A DNA stretch of 64,000 bases from Eledone cirrhosa (Eukaryota). Position numbers and translations under genes: made by a program. Within the stretch, counting starts at the first letter, position 1; each line of letters begins with the position of its first letter. The notes under the pieces are model-generated. The model searched no databases. It was not told where the DNA came from and saw only the letters and a list, made by a program, of their open reading frames with translations. The DNA lies in assembly GCA_964016885.1 (NCBI GenBank), contig OZ024757.1, positions 29,202,001 to 29,266,000 of the forward strand, written 5' to 3'. Shown here in pieces: positions 45,869 through 60,624 of this stretch.

Positions 45869-46025
45869 CTTATGTCTTGAATAGGTAGAATAACTTTATT
45901 ATTTTCATTGTTAATTTAATATCGTTATATATATATATTAAATAGTTTCCCCACAAGCGTGAAACTAATTACATTTTGCGCAACTGTTCTGTGTTAAAAT
46001 CTTGATCTATCTATCTATGTGTATG

Positions 46026-46128
<103 letters not shown>

Positions 46129-46129
46129 G

Positions 46130-46204
<75 letters not shown>

Positions 46205-46237
46205 ATATGTGTATATATATATGTATATATGTATATA

Positions 46238-46282
<45 letters not shown>

Positions 46283-47483
46283 ATGTATGTGTGTGTGTGT
46301 GCATTAGTTTAAATGTATTTGATATTTTTTTCCACACTTTCATTCTATAATTCCTATATTTACCTGTTCCCTAGTATGTGTTGGTGTGTGTGTGTGTGTT
46401 AGTGTGTGTTAGTGTGTGTTAGTGTGTGTAAATATGTGTCTGGGTTGGTGTGTTGGGGTGTGTGTGTTAGTGTGTGTTGGTGTGTGTGTTAGTGTATGTT
46501 GTTGTGTGTGTGTGTTTGCGTGTGGTGGTTGATGTGTATGTTAGTGTGTGTGTTAGTGTTTGTTGGTGTGTGTGTGTATTTGTGTGTGATTTATATTAGT
46601 TCGAATCCTTAGCAAAAAAAAAAAAAATGTTCCCATTTCATTTTTTCTTTTATTATCTCTTTCACTATTACTTTCATTCTTTAAACTCTTTCGCTATTTC
46701 ATTCAATCTCTCTCCTTCATTAAACTTCTTCCTTCTTTCGATCTTCATTCATCTCTCTCCTCCTCTCTTTCATTAAACTTCTTCAATACTATTACCTTCG
46801 TTCCTATTTCATTCATGTTTCTGTATTAGTTTTGAATGATTTAAGAAATAATTTTACAACTCATTCTTCTCCCCTCCTCACTTGGTTTATCCTCCCAATA
46901 TACTTCTCTTCATTTCTCATTTTCCTCATTCAAATCTTTCACTTTGTTTCCCTCTTTCTTTTTCATTCCTTTCTTCAATCCTTCTCTTTTTTACTTTCAT
47001 TCATTGAAATCTTTCATTCATATTTCACTCATTCATTTTCCTTCTATTCTTTCTTCTCCTTCACTTCTGTCTCTTTCTTTCTCCCATTGAAATCTTTCAA
47101 TCATATTTTACTCATTCATTTTCCTTTCTTTCCATTCTCTTTCTTTCTCCACTTTTTACACCTCCAGCTTTTTCATTCTAGTTTTTCTCATTGAGCTCCT
47201 TCCTTCCTTCCTCTTTTTTTAATCTTTCTTTTATTTTCACAAATTCTCCTTCATGCCTCACATTCTTTCACACTTGCTTCCCGCTATTTTTTCTCTTTCA
47301 TTCCTTCTCTATCCAACACTTCCACACAGTTTTCTCAATCTCTCTCGTTCCCTATTTCGCGCTCTTTCGTTTTGCGCACATTTTCCATTTCTTAATTTAA
47401 TTTTCTGTTCTACATTTTTTTTTTTTTTACTATTTTTCCAATTTTGTTCCAGATTTCAGTTTCGTTCTTTTCTGCATACCACC

Positions 47484-47715
47484 TTTCCCTTTCTTTTATA
47501 TTTTGGTAATTAAATTCGTTCGTCTCTAAGTGTTAAATGGGTATATATATACACACACAGACATATATATTTAAACATATATATATATATATATATATAT
47601 ACACTCACACACGTATATAGGAATTTCCCTTTCTTTTATATTTTGGTAATTAAATTCGTTCGTCTCTAAGTGTTAAATGGGTATATATATACACACACAC
47701 AGACATATATATTTA

Positions 47716-47752
<37 letters not shown>

Positions 47753-47773
47753 TCACACACGTATATAGGAATA
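47484..47773. repeat. Tandem duplication of about 140 bp
   Basis: TTTCCCTTTCTTTTATATTTTGGTAATTAAATTCG... occurs at about 47484 and 47624, differing only in microsatellite length. Confidence 0.85.
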
Positions 47774-47873
47774 TACTATTATTAATAATAGTAACAACAA
47801 TATTATTATTAAGTTGAAACTTTACCAGAAGGTTATAAGCTCGATGTAGTGGGGGGTAGTGATTATTTGGCTG

Positions 47874-47908
<35 letters not shown>

Positions 47909-47936
47909 CTGTGTGTCTGTGTGTCTGTGTGTCTGT

Positions 47937-47988
<52 letters not shown>

Positions 47989-48506
47989 GAATCAACCATA
48001 AGTTTTGTACAAATAAATAAACTACTACTACTATACATTCAAACATATATATGTATACACTCACACACACACATATATATATATATATGGCTGGGTGTAT
48101 ATATATGTATGTATATATCTATCTATCCATCCATCTATCTAGCTATCAAGCTGTCTATCTATCTAGCTATCAAGCTATCTATCTAGCTATCAATGTATCT
48201 ATCTATCTAGCTATCAAGCTGTCTATCTATCTATCTAGCTATCAAGCTATCTATCTAGCTATCAATCTATCTATCAAGCTGTCTATCTATCGATCTATCT
48301 TCCTTCACTGTATCTGTTTCGCTCATTCTGGATCGCTCATTCCAATCATATTTTTTACATTCCTCAGTAAATCAGTCTTCTCTCCATCAGGCACGTGTTT
48401 AGCCTCCCCGCCACCCCACACCAATATTCATCACACTTACTACCGTGCTGTGTGCGACTGTTTGCAACTATGCATGTCTCTAAGTGTGACAATGCGTGTG
48501 TGTATG

Positions 48507-48543
<37 letters not shown>

Positions 48544-48627
48544 CGAAGGAAGTGTGGTAAGGAACCAGATGGACCATAACGCACCAGAGTACTCAATACT
48601 TAGGTTAGTAGAGTGGGTAATAGGAAC

Positions 48628-48718
48628 ATGTTTAACCCCGACGGCAGAGCTCAAGCCGTTTCGACAGCTATTTCTGGAGTCCAGAAACGGCTCGAGTTCT
48701 CCCGTCGGGGTTAAACAT
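48628..48718. repeat. 35-bp-arm inverted repeat made of hammerhead 3' halves
   Basis: ATGTTTAACCCCGACGG..GCCGTTTC / GAAACGGC..CCGTCGGGGTTAAACAT, 3 mismatches. Confidence 0.75.
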
Positions 48719-48722
48719 TTTC

Positions 48723-48753
<31 letters not shown>

Positions 48754-48810
48754 CATACATATATACATGTATATATATATACATATACATATATATATAT
48801 ATACATATAC

Positions 48811-48842
<32 letters not shown>

Positions 48843-48856
48843 ATATATACATATAC

Positions 48857-48947
<91 letters not shown>

Positions 48948-48948
48948 C

Positions 48949-49015
<67 letters not shown>

Positions 49016-49376
49016 CATATATACACATATATATATATACATATATACACACATATATATATATATATATACATGTGTATATATGTGTGAGTATCTCTGT
49101 GTGTGTATGTACGAATGACTCATAAGTTTTGAACAAATAAATAAACTCTACTACACGTATTGAGTACTCTTTTGATGTTTAGCTATCCAAACGTATATAT
49201 GTACTCATACACACATACATATATATGTAGGCATACACATACATATATGGACATATATATATATGTGTATATATATATATATATATATGGATATATATAT
49301 ATATATGGATATATATATATATATATATGGATATATATATATATGGATATATATATATATGGATATATATATATAT

Positions 49377-49438
<62 letters not shown>

Positions 49439-49503
49439 ATATATATATATGGATATATATATATGGATATATATATATGGATATATATATATGAATATAT
49501 ATA

Positions 49504-49536
<33 letters not shown>

Positions 49537-49853
49537 GTATAAATATATAAATATATATATATATGAAAATGTATATATGCATATATATATATATATGTAT
49601 GTCAATACATGTAGGTTTATAAATACAATTATATTCTTGGTGTCATTACTACTCAGAGGTATCCATCTATGGGTGACCAGTCTTTCCCATTATATAAAGA
49701 GGGCAATGATCGATGATTTTGATCTTAATACGCGATTGATTATTATGTTTTCCTGCGCAGAGTGATAAGAATGGAAAAATTCTAAAAAGGCGGGATTTGA
49801 GCTGAGAACCTAATGGAGGGTAACAAATATATCGCAAAGTATATATAAATAGA

Positions 49854-49902
49854 GCTTCCTGATGATTTTTCCCGAATGAAACAGTTCTAGTCCTGTAGAA
49901 GC
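49854..49902 (+). ncRNA. Family-B hammerhead, intact core
   Basis: GCUUC-CUGAUGA-UUUUUCCCGAAU-GAAACAG-UUCUAGUC-CUGUA-GAAGC; tail extends to about 49988. Confidence 0.85.
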
Positions 49903-50717
49903 CATTTCTATATTAAATATTTATACTCTGCTATGTATTGAGTACCTTACTTACTGTAGTTACCCCCGATTGAACCCGGGGTTAACTTATATATATATAT
50001 ATTTATCGCAAAAAATATATATATTATATATATATTTGTGTCTATTTGTGTGTCTATATATATATTATATATATATTTGTGTCTCTATATATATATTATA
50101 TATATATTTGTGTCTGTTTGTGTGTCTATATATATATTATATATATATATGTCTGTTTGTGTGTCTATATATATATATAGGTGTGTGTGCGTGTGTGTGC
50201 ATGTGTATATGTGTGCGTGTAGTGTATGCTATAGTTCCTTGTGTATATGTGTGTGGCTATTGTGCGACAATTATTCTAGCATTACAACAAACAACAACAA
50301 AAACTACTACAACAACTACTACTACTACTACTACTACTACAGCAGCAGCAGTAACAGTAGTAGTAGTAGTAATAGTAGTAGTAATAGTAACACTAGCAGC
50401 AATACAACTGGTATTTATAGTACTAGCAGTAGTAACTGTAGCATTATCAGCAGCAGTGGTACTAGTAGTAGAAGTTCTAGTAGTGCAGCAGCAGCACAAT
50501 AGCAGGAGCGACATAAGAACTACTACTACTACTACTAGTATTAATAGTAGTAGTAGTAGTAGTAGTAGTAGCAGCAGCAGCAGCAGCAGTTGCTTTAACG
50601 TGTTGTTGGCGTTAACAACGTGAATGCTAGTCTGCTGTTTGTGTTGCGATATTAGCGTCGTTGTTGTTGATGTTGCGATTGTTGATGTTGCGAATGTTTA
50701 TGTTGTGAATGGATCGT

Positions 50718-51010
50718 TTGTTGTTGTTGCGAATGTGTTTTGTTGCGATAGTTGCGTCGTTGTTGTTGCGAATGTCTTTTGTCGTGATAGTTGCGTCTTT
50801 GTTGTTGCGAATGTGTTTTGTCGTGATAGTTGCGTCGTTGTTGTTGCGAATGTCTTTTGTCGTGATAGTTGCGTCTTTGTTGTTGCGAATGTGTTTTGTC
50901 GTGATAGTTGCGGCGTTGTTGTTGCGAATGTGTTTTGTCGTGATAGTTGCGGCGTTGTTGTTGCGAATGTGTTTTGTTGTGATAGTTGCGTCGTTGTTGT
51001 TGCAAATGTT
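50718..51010. repeat. 39-bp minisatellite, about 7 copies with decaying flanks
   Basis: Unit TTGTTGTTGCGAATGTGTTTTGTCGTGATAGTTGCGTC(G/T). Confidence 0.9.
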
Positions 51011-52424
51011 GATGTTGTGAATGGATGGTTTGTTGTTGTTGTTGCGAACCTTTGTGTTGTGATAGTAGCGCCGTTGTTGTTGCTAATGTTTTATGTTGTG
51101 AATGTATCGTTGTTGTTGCTAAATCTTTTTTGTTGTGAACGTTTGTGTTGTGATCGTTGCGTTGTTGTTGCTAATGACGTTCTCTTTGAGACAGCTGCAT
51201 CGTTGTTGCAAATGTTTATATCACGATAGTAACACCGTTGTTGCTAATGTATTTTTGTTGTTGCTGTTGCTAATGTTTTTGTAGTGATAAAGGCCTTATT
51301 GTTAGTGTTGTGATAAAATAGAGTCGTCGCTGTCGTTGTTGCTATTGATGTATTTGCTGGTGCTGATGTTGTCTACGTTGTAATAGTAACATTGTTGTTG
51401 TGATAGCAGTGTGGATGTTGCTTGTGGTGTGGTTGTTATCAATGTTTTGTTGTTGTTGTGACAGTGGCGTGGCTGTTGCTAATGTTGTTAGTGCTGTTAA
51501 CAGCATTACAGTAGCAGCTACTGTTATGGTCTTTGCGCGTTTATTGTTGTTTATTCTCTTCGCCGTTTGATTAAGCAGACTTATGATAAAAAGACGACAG
51601 CCGTGCCCACCCCAGAATATTTCTATGTACAGGAAACTCAAAATCACACTATCTAATATGTTCTGTTTTAAGACGGTTGGGAAAATGTGGCAAATTTAGC
51701 TGCTATTTCTACGAGATAAGACGGCCACATGTAGGTTCTTTTATTGGCTCGAGAACCTTATTGGGGTTGTTTTTGTAAAATGTTTGTTCTTAGCAGATAA
51801 GCTGCTATTTCTAGGATATAAATAAACCACATATAGGTTCTCTTACTGTCTATTAGTGTATTTTTATTTTGGCAGATGTTTATTTTGTTGTTTCTTGTTT
51901 AGCCCTAGGCCAACTCTGATCAAGCAGACCTATGATCAATAATGTTTTAGGCGTGACTTCCTCCTTTTCTGTTTATTTAGGACTAAATTTGGCAATGGTT
52001 CTACCTTTAAACAAGACCGCTGAGTGTAACTTTAATGAATTTAACTGCTATTTCTAGCTGGTTTAGTTACCATGTAGAGGCTCTCGTGTTGGCTCATCAT
52101 TGGCACCGTTGTTGATAATGCTGCTGTTATTGTTTTTTTTGTTTGTTTAACCGCAGGTCAACCCTGTTCAGGTAGGAAGATGATCAAAAGCGTTCCAAAC
52201 ATGACTACTCCGTCATTTTATGTATATCTAGTAAAATATATTATCTAATGTTTCATTCAAATTTTAATTAGAGTGGAGTGTGGTTTGAAGAAGGATTAGG
52301 CTGCTATTTCTAGCAGCTCAAGTGACCATACTGAGGCTCGTTCCTGGACTCGATTGTTGTAGCTATTGTTGTTGATGTTGATGTTGCTCTGGTTATTAGG
52401 GTTGTTGTGACTCTTCTTCACTGC

Positions 52425-52614
52425 CATCATCATCATCATAATGGACATCATCATTCTTATCTCAATATTCATTTTCATCATCATCATCATCATACTCATC
52501 ATCATCATCATCTCATTGTGATACATCATCATCGTTATCATAACCATCATAATCACCATCATAATCACCATCGTCATCGCCATCATCACTGTCATCATCA
52601 AACTAATCATCACC

Positions 52615-52646
<32 letters not shown>

Positions 52647-53068
52647 CATAACCATCACGATCATCATTAGCAGCAAAGTCATAATAACCATCATCATCAT
52701 CACCATCATTAATCATCATCATTGTCCTCCTCATCAATATCACCATCATCATCATCATCGTCGTCGTTTTCATCATCAATAGCATCACCATCATCATCAT
52801 CATCATCGTCGTTTTCATCATCAATAGCATCATCATCATCATCATCAATAGCATCACCATCATCACCATCAACATCATCGTCGTTTTCATCATCAATAGC
52901 ATCACCATCATCATCATCATCATCATCGTCATTTTCATCATCAATAGCATCATCATCATCATCATCAACATCATCGTCGTTTTCATCATCAATAGCATCA
53001 TCACCATCATCATCATCATCATCGTCGTTTTCATCATCAATAGCATCATCATCATCATCATCATCATT
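52425..53068. repeat. (CAT)n tract with higher-order repeat
   Basis: Recurrent TCGTCGTTTTCATCATCAATAGCATC. Confidence 0.9.
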
Positions 53069-53264
53069 GTGCGCCTGCTGTAACTGACGGATACGATTAC
53101 AACTTTCGCAGTCAATTGTGGTCTCATGGTCAGTCAGGTGGTTCGATTTAGCTTTAGCAAATCGGCGGGATTCGAACTCACGACTCAAAAAGCCGACACA
53201 ACTACCGCAAGGTATCTCGTCTTGAACGCCGTAACAATTCTGCCAGTCGATTATCTTAGAATGG

Positions 53265-53603
53265 AACTTTATTCATCGACCCTGGGAAGAGGATAAACCA
53301 AGTTGACACTGGCAGAATTTGAACTCACAGCGTCATGTAATGAAACAAGTACCGCAAGGTATTCAGAATTCTTTCCGACGTTATTTCCTAATATTCTTCT
53401 TCTTGATTGGGCGGTGGATTGGCAGTATCGGTCGAGGGTCGGACGCCATACTTTGACGCAAAGTGTTACGGCCCTTTCCATTCTGAGTTCAAATCCCGCC
53501 GAGGTTAACTTTGCCTTTCATCCTTACGGGGTCGATAAAATAAAGTACCAGTAATGCACTGGGATAATTGCTGGCCTTGTGCCAAAAGTAGAAACAATTA
53601 TTG
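53265..53603. mobile_element. Head-to-head SINE pair (diverged minus copy 53265-53382, intact plus copy 53409-53603)
   Basis: B-box on both strands; full SINE body in the plus copy. Confidence 0.8.
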
Positions 53604-54189
53604 TTCTTGATTGGGTTGTTGTTAATGCTGCGGTTGTTGTTATTATTACTGGTGTTGATGTTGAAGCTATTTGTAGTATTAGTAGCATCATCAGCACCAT
53701 CAGCACTACTACTACTACTAACTAGGCTGATGATGTTATATCAGATGTTCTCTGCTGCTGTACGTGTGTCTACTGATGTTGATGTTGATGTTAATGTTAG
53801 TTTTGCTGGTGTTGTTGTTGCTGCTGCTGTTGTTGTAGCAGCTTATTTCGCTACTGCTGTTGCTGCAGCTGCTGTTAGTTTTCCTGCTGCTCTTGTTAGT
53901 TTTGCTGCCGTTGAATCTGAGTATTTTACTATTGCTGTTGCTGTTGTGTTTCGTTTTACTGCTGCTGTTGTCTTTAGTTTGTATGTTGTTATTGCTGCTG
54001 CTATATTTACTGTTAGTTTTGCCTCTGCAACGGTTGTGCCAGACTTTTCTTGCTGCACACATTTCTATAGTAGCTCCTTTAAAAGTTATAGCGATTACTG
54101 TTATGATGCATTAGCTATAGTAGTATTGTTATTACTTAAAGAGTTAATTCAGTTTTTAATGTTATTGCAGCAGTTTTGCCATTGTTGAA

Positions 54190-55960
54190 CCAGCTACAAC
54201 AGTTCTTATTGTTGAAACAGTTGTTGCTGTTTTTCTTCACTCTGTAACAGTTACTGCAGCTTTTTTTTAATTTTTCTTTGCAATTATTACCATTCTTGCT
54301 TTTACTGTAGTAGTTCTTGCATTTTCTGTTATTACTGTAACAGTTATTACAGTTTTTGCTGAGACTGAAACAACTATTTTAGTCTATGTTGTGTAATAGT
54401 TACTGTTTTCTTGTAGTTACAAATGTTATTTCAGTTTTCCTTGTTACTAGTGTAATTATTGCAGTTTTGTCTTAGTTTCAACAGTTATCGCTGAAACATA
54501 TATTTCATGTTTATGTTTTTGCTGAAATAGTTATTGCAGTTCTTATTACAGAAACAGCTTTTTCGTGCAGCCTTTCTTCACTCACTTACAGTTTTTACAG
54601 TTATAATTATTGCAGTTTTTGCTATTAGTGTAGAAGTTGTAGTTTTCGTCACTACTAAGCAACTATTGCAGTCATTAAAGCTGCAGAAACAGTTATTGCT
54701 GTTTTTGCTGTTACCCAAACAATTATTGCAGTTACTGTTGCTGAAAACATTATTTCAGTTTGAATTGTTGGTGTAACAGTTATTACAGATTTGTTCTTGG
54801 TTGAATCATTTTTACAGTTTTTATTTTTGCTGAAACAGTTAGGGCAGTTTTTGTTGTGGAAATAGTTATTGCAGGTTTTTGTCTTCCTAAAACAGTTGTT
54901 TGAATTTTTTGAAATATTGTTGGAATTATAGCAGTGTTTGCTATTAGTGTAGAAGTTATTGTAATTTTTGTTATCACTGTAGCAGTTTTGTATTTCTTAA
55001 GACTGCAACAACAGATATTGCAGTTTATGCTATTGCTTAAATAAGTAATGCAGTTTTTGTTGCTGCGACAGTTGTTACAGTTTCGATGTTGCTGCAAAGT
55101 TCTTGCAGTTTTCCTAATTGTAAATCGGTTGTTGTAGTTTTTATTGAAACAGATATTTCTGTTTTTCTTGTTGATACAGTCATTGCAGTTTTTCTCCAGC
55201 CTGTAACAGTTTCTTTAGTATATCAAATAATACAACCTTTGCAGTTTCTTTTATTACTGCAACAGTTATTGCAGTTTTTTCTGCTGCTCAAACAATGATT
55301 GTAGCTTTTAATGTTGCTGAAACAACTATTTAAGTTTCAACAATAGCTATAACAGTTATTGGAATTTTGTCGTTGCTGCAACAGTATTGCAGTTTTGTTG
55401 TTGCCGAAGCCATTATTGAAGTTTTTAAAGAATTATTGTAGTTTTTGATATTGCAACAAACGTCATTGTAGTTTTTTGTTATGGCTCGCAAAGTTATTGC
55501 GGTTTTCCTTACCACTCACATAGTTATTGCAGTTTTTGTTAGCGTTCCACTAGTTATTTTGGTTTGTTGTTGTCCTGCAATATTTATTGCAGTTTATGTC
55601 GTTGATGAAACAGTTATGTTAGTCTTGGTTATTGTTAAAACAGTTATTGCAGGTCTGTTGTTCGTGCAATAGTTATTGCAGTTTTTGTCGTTCATGAAAC
55701 AGTCATGTAAGTCCTAGTTATCGTTGAAACAGTTATTACAGGTTTATTGTTTCTTCAACAGTTATTGCAGTTTTTATCATTAACGAACCTTTTGTTACAG
55801 TTTTTAATTATAAACTTTATAATGTATCTTTATTCGCCGTTGCAGTTTTTTCTTATTGCTACAAATATTATTACATTTCCAGTTACTGCAGTAAACGTTA
55901 CCGCAGTTTTCAATTTTTCGTGAAAAAACACTTTTAATTTCGTTGCTGTTTTTTTTTAAT
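54190..55960. repeat. Degenerate minisatellite of about 30 bp
   Basis: Recurrent AAACAGTTATTGCAGTTTTT motif. Confidence 0.75.
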
Positions 55961-56559
55961 GCAAGTATACTGGTGTTTATTCTCGTTGCAAAGACGTTAG
56001 ATTTACTGTTGCTGCTGCAATGTTTCATGCAGGTGTAGTAGTTGATGCAACTTACTCCCAAGCAGCACGCTACCCACGCATATAACAACCTTTCCGACGC
56101 AAATTATCACCATCATAGAAAATGAACAGCATAGAACTACCACCAGAAGTCTCACTATTAGCGTTATCACTGCAACCTACAGCACTACTAACACCATCAC
56201 CACTTTTACTATAGCCACCTCCCAGCGCCACTTAATGGAGGAGATCGAAGTTCGATCACGACTACCACCATCATCATCATCATCGGCATCATCATCATCA
56301 TCATGACCATCATTATCATAGTCGTCATGAGGATAATGATCCTTATCATCATCATCATCGCTACGACAACCACCACAATCATCATCACTATCATAGTCAC
56401 CATCATCATCATAAACAACAGCAAACATGTGCAGCACCAACAGCAACAAACATTACTACTACTACTACTACTAACACGAACAACAACTACGGTAATAGCT
56501 ACTACTACTACTACTACTACTATTACTAACAACAACAACAACTACTACTACAAGCACCA

Positions 56560-56574
56560 GCACCACAACTACTG

Positions 56575-56607
<33 letters not shown>

Positions 56608-57530
56608 AATCACCACCACCCAACCACCACCACTACTATTACTAGCAGCAGCACAGCACAACTACTACTACTACCAATACAACCACCACCCACACCACGA
56701 CCACCACCTACACCACAATCACCGCAACCCAACCATCCCACTACCACCACCACCAAACCAACCACCCTACTACCACCACTACCACCACCACCAAACCAAC
56801 CACCCTACTACCACCACTACCACCACCACCAAACCAACCACCCTACTACCACCACCACCATCATCTCAACTACTACTACCACTGCTACCACCACCACCAA
56901 ACTAACCACCCTACTACCACCACTACCAGCACCACCATCATCTCAACTACCACTACTACCACCACTACCAGCACCACCATCATCTCAACTACTACTACCA
57001 CTACTACCACCACTACCAGCACCACCATCATCTCAACTACTACTACCACTGCTACCACCACCACAAAACCAACCACCCTACTACCACCACTACCAGCACC
57101 ACCATCATCTCAACTACTACTACCACTACTACCACCACCACAAAACTAACCACCCTACTACCACCACTACCAGCACCACCATCATCTCAACTACTACTAC
57201 CACCACCACAAAACTAACCACCCTACTACCACCACTACCAGCACCACCATCATCTCAACTACTACTACCACTACTACCACCACTACCAGCACCACCATCA
57301 TCTCAACTACTACTACCACAAAACTAACCACCCTACTACCACCACTACCAGCTCCACCATCATTTCAACTACTACTACCACTACTACCACCACTACCAGC
57401 ACCACCATCATCTCTACCACTACTACCACCACCACCAAACCAACCACCCTACTACCACCACTACCAGCACTACCATCATCTCAACTACTACTACCACTAC
57501 TACCACCACCACCAAACCGACCACCCACCC
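56560..57530. repeat. CAC/CTA low-complexity repeat with higher-order units
   Basis: Recurrent ACCAGCACCACCATCATCTCAACTACT. Confidence 0.9.
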
Positions 57531-58116
57531 CTATCTAACTTATCCCTACCACTCACCCCCGCCACACTACGACATCGTCTCGTTGCCGTTCGTTTACGTT
57601 CCATCGTTGCGAAATACTTAGAGAAATGTTCGCGTTGTTAATGGAAAAATGAATAAATATATAGAAGACAGTAGGAATATATACATATGTATGGGTGTGT
57701 GTGTGTGTGTGTGCGTGTGTGGGTAAGGACGAGTGTGTGTGTGCGTGTGTGGGTAAGGACGAGTGTGCGTGTGCGAGTGTGTGTGTGTGTGAACGTGCGT
57801 GTGTGCGTGTATGTGTGTCTATGTGTGCATGTATGCATAGGGCGTGTGAGCGAGTATCACTGTGTATGTATGTGTGTGTGAAAATGTGTCTGCGAGGACG
57901 TGTGTATGAGTGTGTGTGGACGTGTGTATGAGTGTGTGTGGATGTGTGTGTGTGAGGACGTGCGTATGTATGTGTCTATGTATGCATGTCTGTGTATGGG
58001 CATGTAAGAATGTATCAGTATATGTGTATGTATGTATGTAAGTATATATGTATTGATGCATGTGTGCATGCATGCATGTATGTGTATGGACCTGTGAGTG
58101 TGTATCAGTGTGTACC

Positions 58117-58163
<47 letters not shown>

Positions 58164-58478
58164 TTTGATTATGTGTATGGTCGTGTGTGCATCTTTGCCC
58201 AAATATTTGTGAGTATGTATGTGATTTTGTGCATGTGGATGTGTGTGCGTCTTTGCCCAAATGTTTGTATGTAGTTATATAAGTATGTATATATATGTAA
58301 GTATGTGTGTCTGGCTCTGTGCATGGTCATGTGTGTCTATGCCAAAATGTTTGTGTGGGTATGTATGATGTGTGCGTGTGTTTATGACCGTTTCATCGCC
58401 TATGAAGAAACTACTAGATATTATAAGGCATTGAACTTGCCTATAAAAATACTATATGTATTTAGCAATATTATTTCT

Positions 58479-58647
58479 CGGTAGAGAGTCGGACGCCATG
58501 CTTTCAGCATAGTTACGTCCCTTTACGATCTGAGTTCAAATCCCGCCGAGGTTGACTTTGCCTTTCATCCTTACGGGGTCGATAAAATAAAGTACCAGTA
58601 ATGCACTGGGTATTTGCTGGCCTTGTGCCTAAAGTAGAAACAATTAT
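58479..58647 (+). mobile_element. Octopus-type SINE (5'-truncated)
   Basis: SINE body and tail. Confidence 0.85.
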
Positions 58648-59267
58648 TTCTTTCTTGTATACACCTTAACGCAAAGATACATTCATGCGTACATAGAGAC
58701 AAACACACACACACACACACCAACACACACCTACACACACATACACATACGCACACATATGTACATATATATATATATAAACTGAAAGTTGCTCAACCAT
58801 TACCCTTTTCGTTTCACATAACCGATTTTTGAAAGGATTGACGTGCTGAATCAAAATGACAACACAGGCCAAAATATATTCGGAAACACATTGAAATATG
58901 AACGCTGTCAGTATATAAAGACATTCGACAGATTTTAGAATAACAGCAATAAATAACATTTAAAAAAAAAAAACATGAAAATGTGTGACGCCTTCATCAT
59001 TGAAGTTTCATGCACAGAATACTTGGTATTTTCCTCTATTGGTGGTTCAAAAGAATTTTATTGTAAAAAATGCAAGTGTCTTTTGTGGTTATGGAAACGG
59101 AAAAGGAAGGGATAACGAGGGCTGTAAACCGGTGGTTCCCAACCTTTTATGCCTCATGTCCCACCTCAACAATCAAACATTTTTATGTCCCACTTTGATA
59201 TAAAAACAGTGATGATCAACTACAAAGTGGAAACAAATTGGTGATTGGTTGATGCTAGAGGAACAGT

Positions 59268-59588
59268 AACATGTGTTGAGGAGGTGATACAGGAGTTTCT
59301 GACAGTAATGTCTACCAAAGTTACCTTGGTATAGGTGATGTCAGATGTACAATAACATGTGTTGAGGAGGTGATACAGGAGTTTCTGACAGTAATGTCTA
59401 CCAAAGTTACCTTGGTATAGGTGATGCCAGATGTACAATAACATGAGTAGAGGAGGTGAGACAGGAGTTTCTGACAGTAATGTCTGCCAAAGTTACCTTG
59501 GTATAGGTGATACCAGATGTACAATAACATGTGTGGAGGAGGTGAGACAGGAGTTTCTGACAGTAATGTCTACCAAGGTTACCTTGGT
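59268..59588. repeat. 86-bp tandem repeat, about 3.7 copies
   Basis: Units start at 59268, 59354, 59440, 59526. Confidence 0.95.
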
Positions 59589-59599
59589 GTAAAAGTAAT

Positions 59600-59820
59600 A
59601 AAGTAAAACCTGAAGTTTGCTCTCACTAATATCGTTTTCAAAATGCCCCCTTGAATATTCAAATCGCTCCCCTGTGCGGCTTATGCCCCACGTTGTGAAT
59701 GACTGCTCCAGGGTCACAGAAGAATGGGAGGGGAAAGAGGAGGGTGATGGGCTCTAGGTCCAGGGTGCGACGGTTTGGGGGCTGCGCCAAGCGGACAAGA
59801 CCGCGAAAGCATTCCCGCGG
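59600..59820 (-). mobile_element. Extreme 3' end of a CRE-like retrotransposon
   Basis: Minus strand begins RGNAFAVLSA, matching the RGNAF C-terminus of the other CRE-like copies; GC-rich. Confidence 0.55.
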
Positions 59821-60449
59821 AAATCCTAAAATATGATCATTATCAGTAATAATAAAGTACCAGTAATGTACTGGGTAATTGCTGGCCATGTGCCAAAAGT
59901 AGAAACAATTATCAGTAATATACTGGGATAATTACTGGCCTTGTGCCAAAAGCAGGAACAATTATTTCAATGTTACACGTATAAAACACGTGTAAGCCAT
60001 GAAGGATGCGATGGTTAATTTGTTAAAGGTGTTTTAGTGTTAATGAATAAATTAAAGATCTTTTTAGTATATGATTTTCATCTATTATGTATCAATAAAT
60101 TATTTCTTAGCAGCTAGTTGTCAGAATGTCCTCAGTATTAGCAATAATTCATCAATTCCGATCTTTTGTTCAAATTGGAAACGTGTGTATTATAATGTTA
60201 TAGTTTTCCGAGAAACAGAGACTGAACTTACTGGAACCAATAACAAAGCGTCTTTTTGAATATTTGAATATATACATATCTTGCAAGAATCATTTCATTT
60301 TTCAAGGGAAATATCAGCAAGCTTGTATAGTTTTATTATTTTAATCCAAACAAACCAATGTTAACAAAACACAAACACATCTCACGGAGAGGAACGATAA
60401 AAACCTAATCGGAGATTACCATGTAAAAAAAAGCGTAGCGTCTGACGCT

Positions 60450-60624
60450 CGGTAGAATGTCAGCCGCCATGATTTGCAACATAGAGTTATGGCACTTTGC
60501 GTTCTGAGTTCAAATTCCGCCGTGGTTAAGTTTGCCTTTCATCCTTACAGGGTCGATAGAATAAAACACCAGTAACGCACTGGAGTAATTGCTGGCCTTG
60601 TGCCAAAAATAGAAACAATTATTG
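60450..60624 (+). mobile_element. Octopus-type SINE
   Basis: SINE body and tail. Confidence 0.8.

Noticed and set aside
52296-53188. Poly-Asp, poly-His and poly-Met ORFs resembling biomineralisation or beak proteins
   Set aside because: All frames of a (CAT)n repeat; no signal peptide or splice structure
56033-56085. Possible exon 2 (GVVVDATYSQAARYPRI*) in phase with the signal-peptide exon
   Set aside because: Weak polypyrimidine tract, early stop, lies at the edge of a minisatellite; cannot be supported without transcripts
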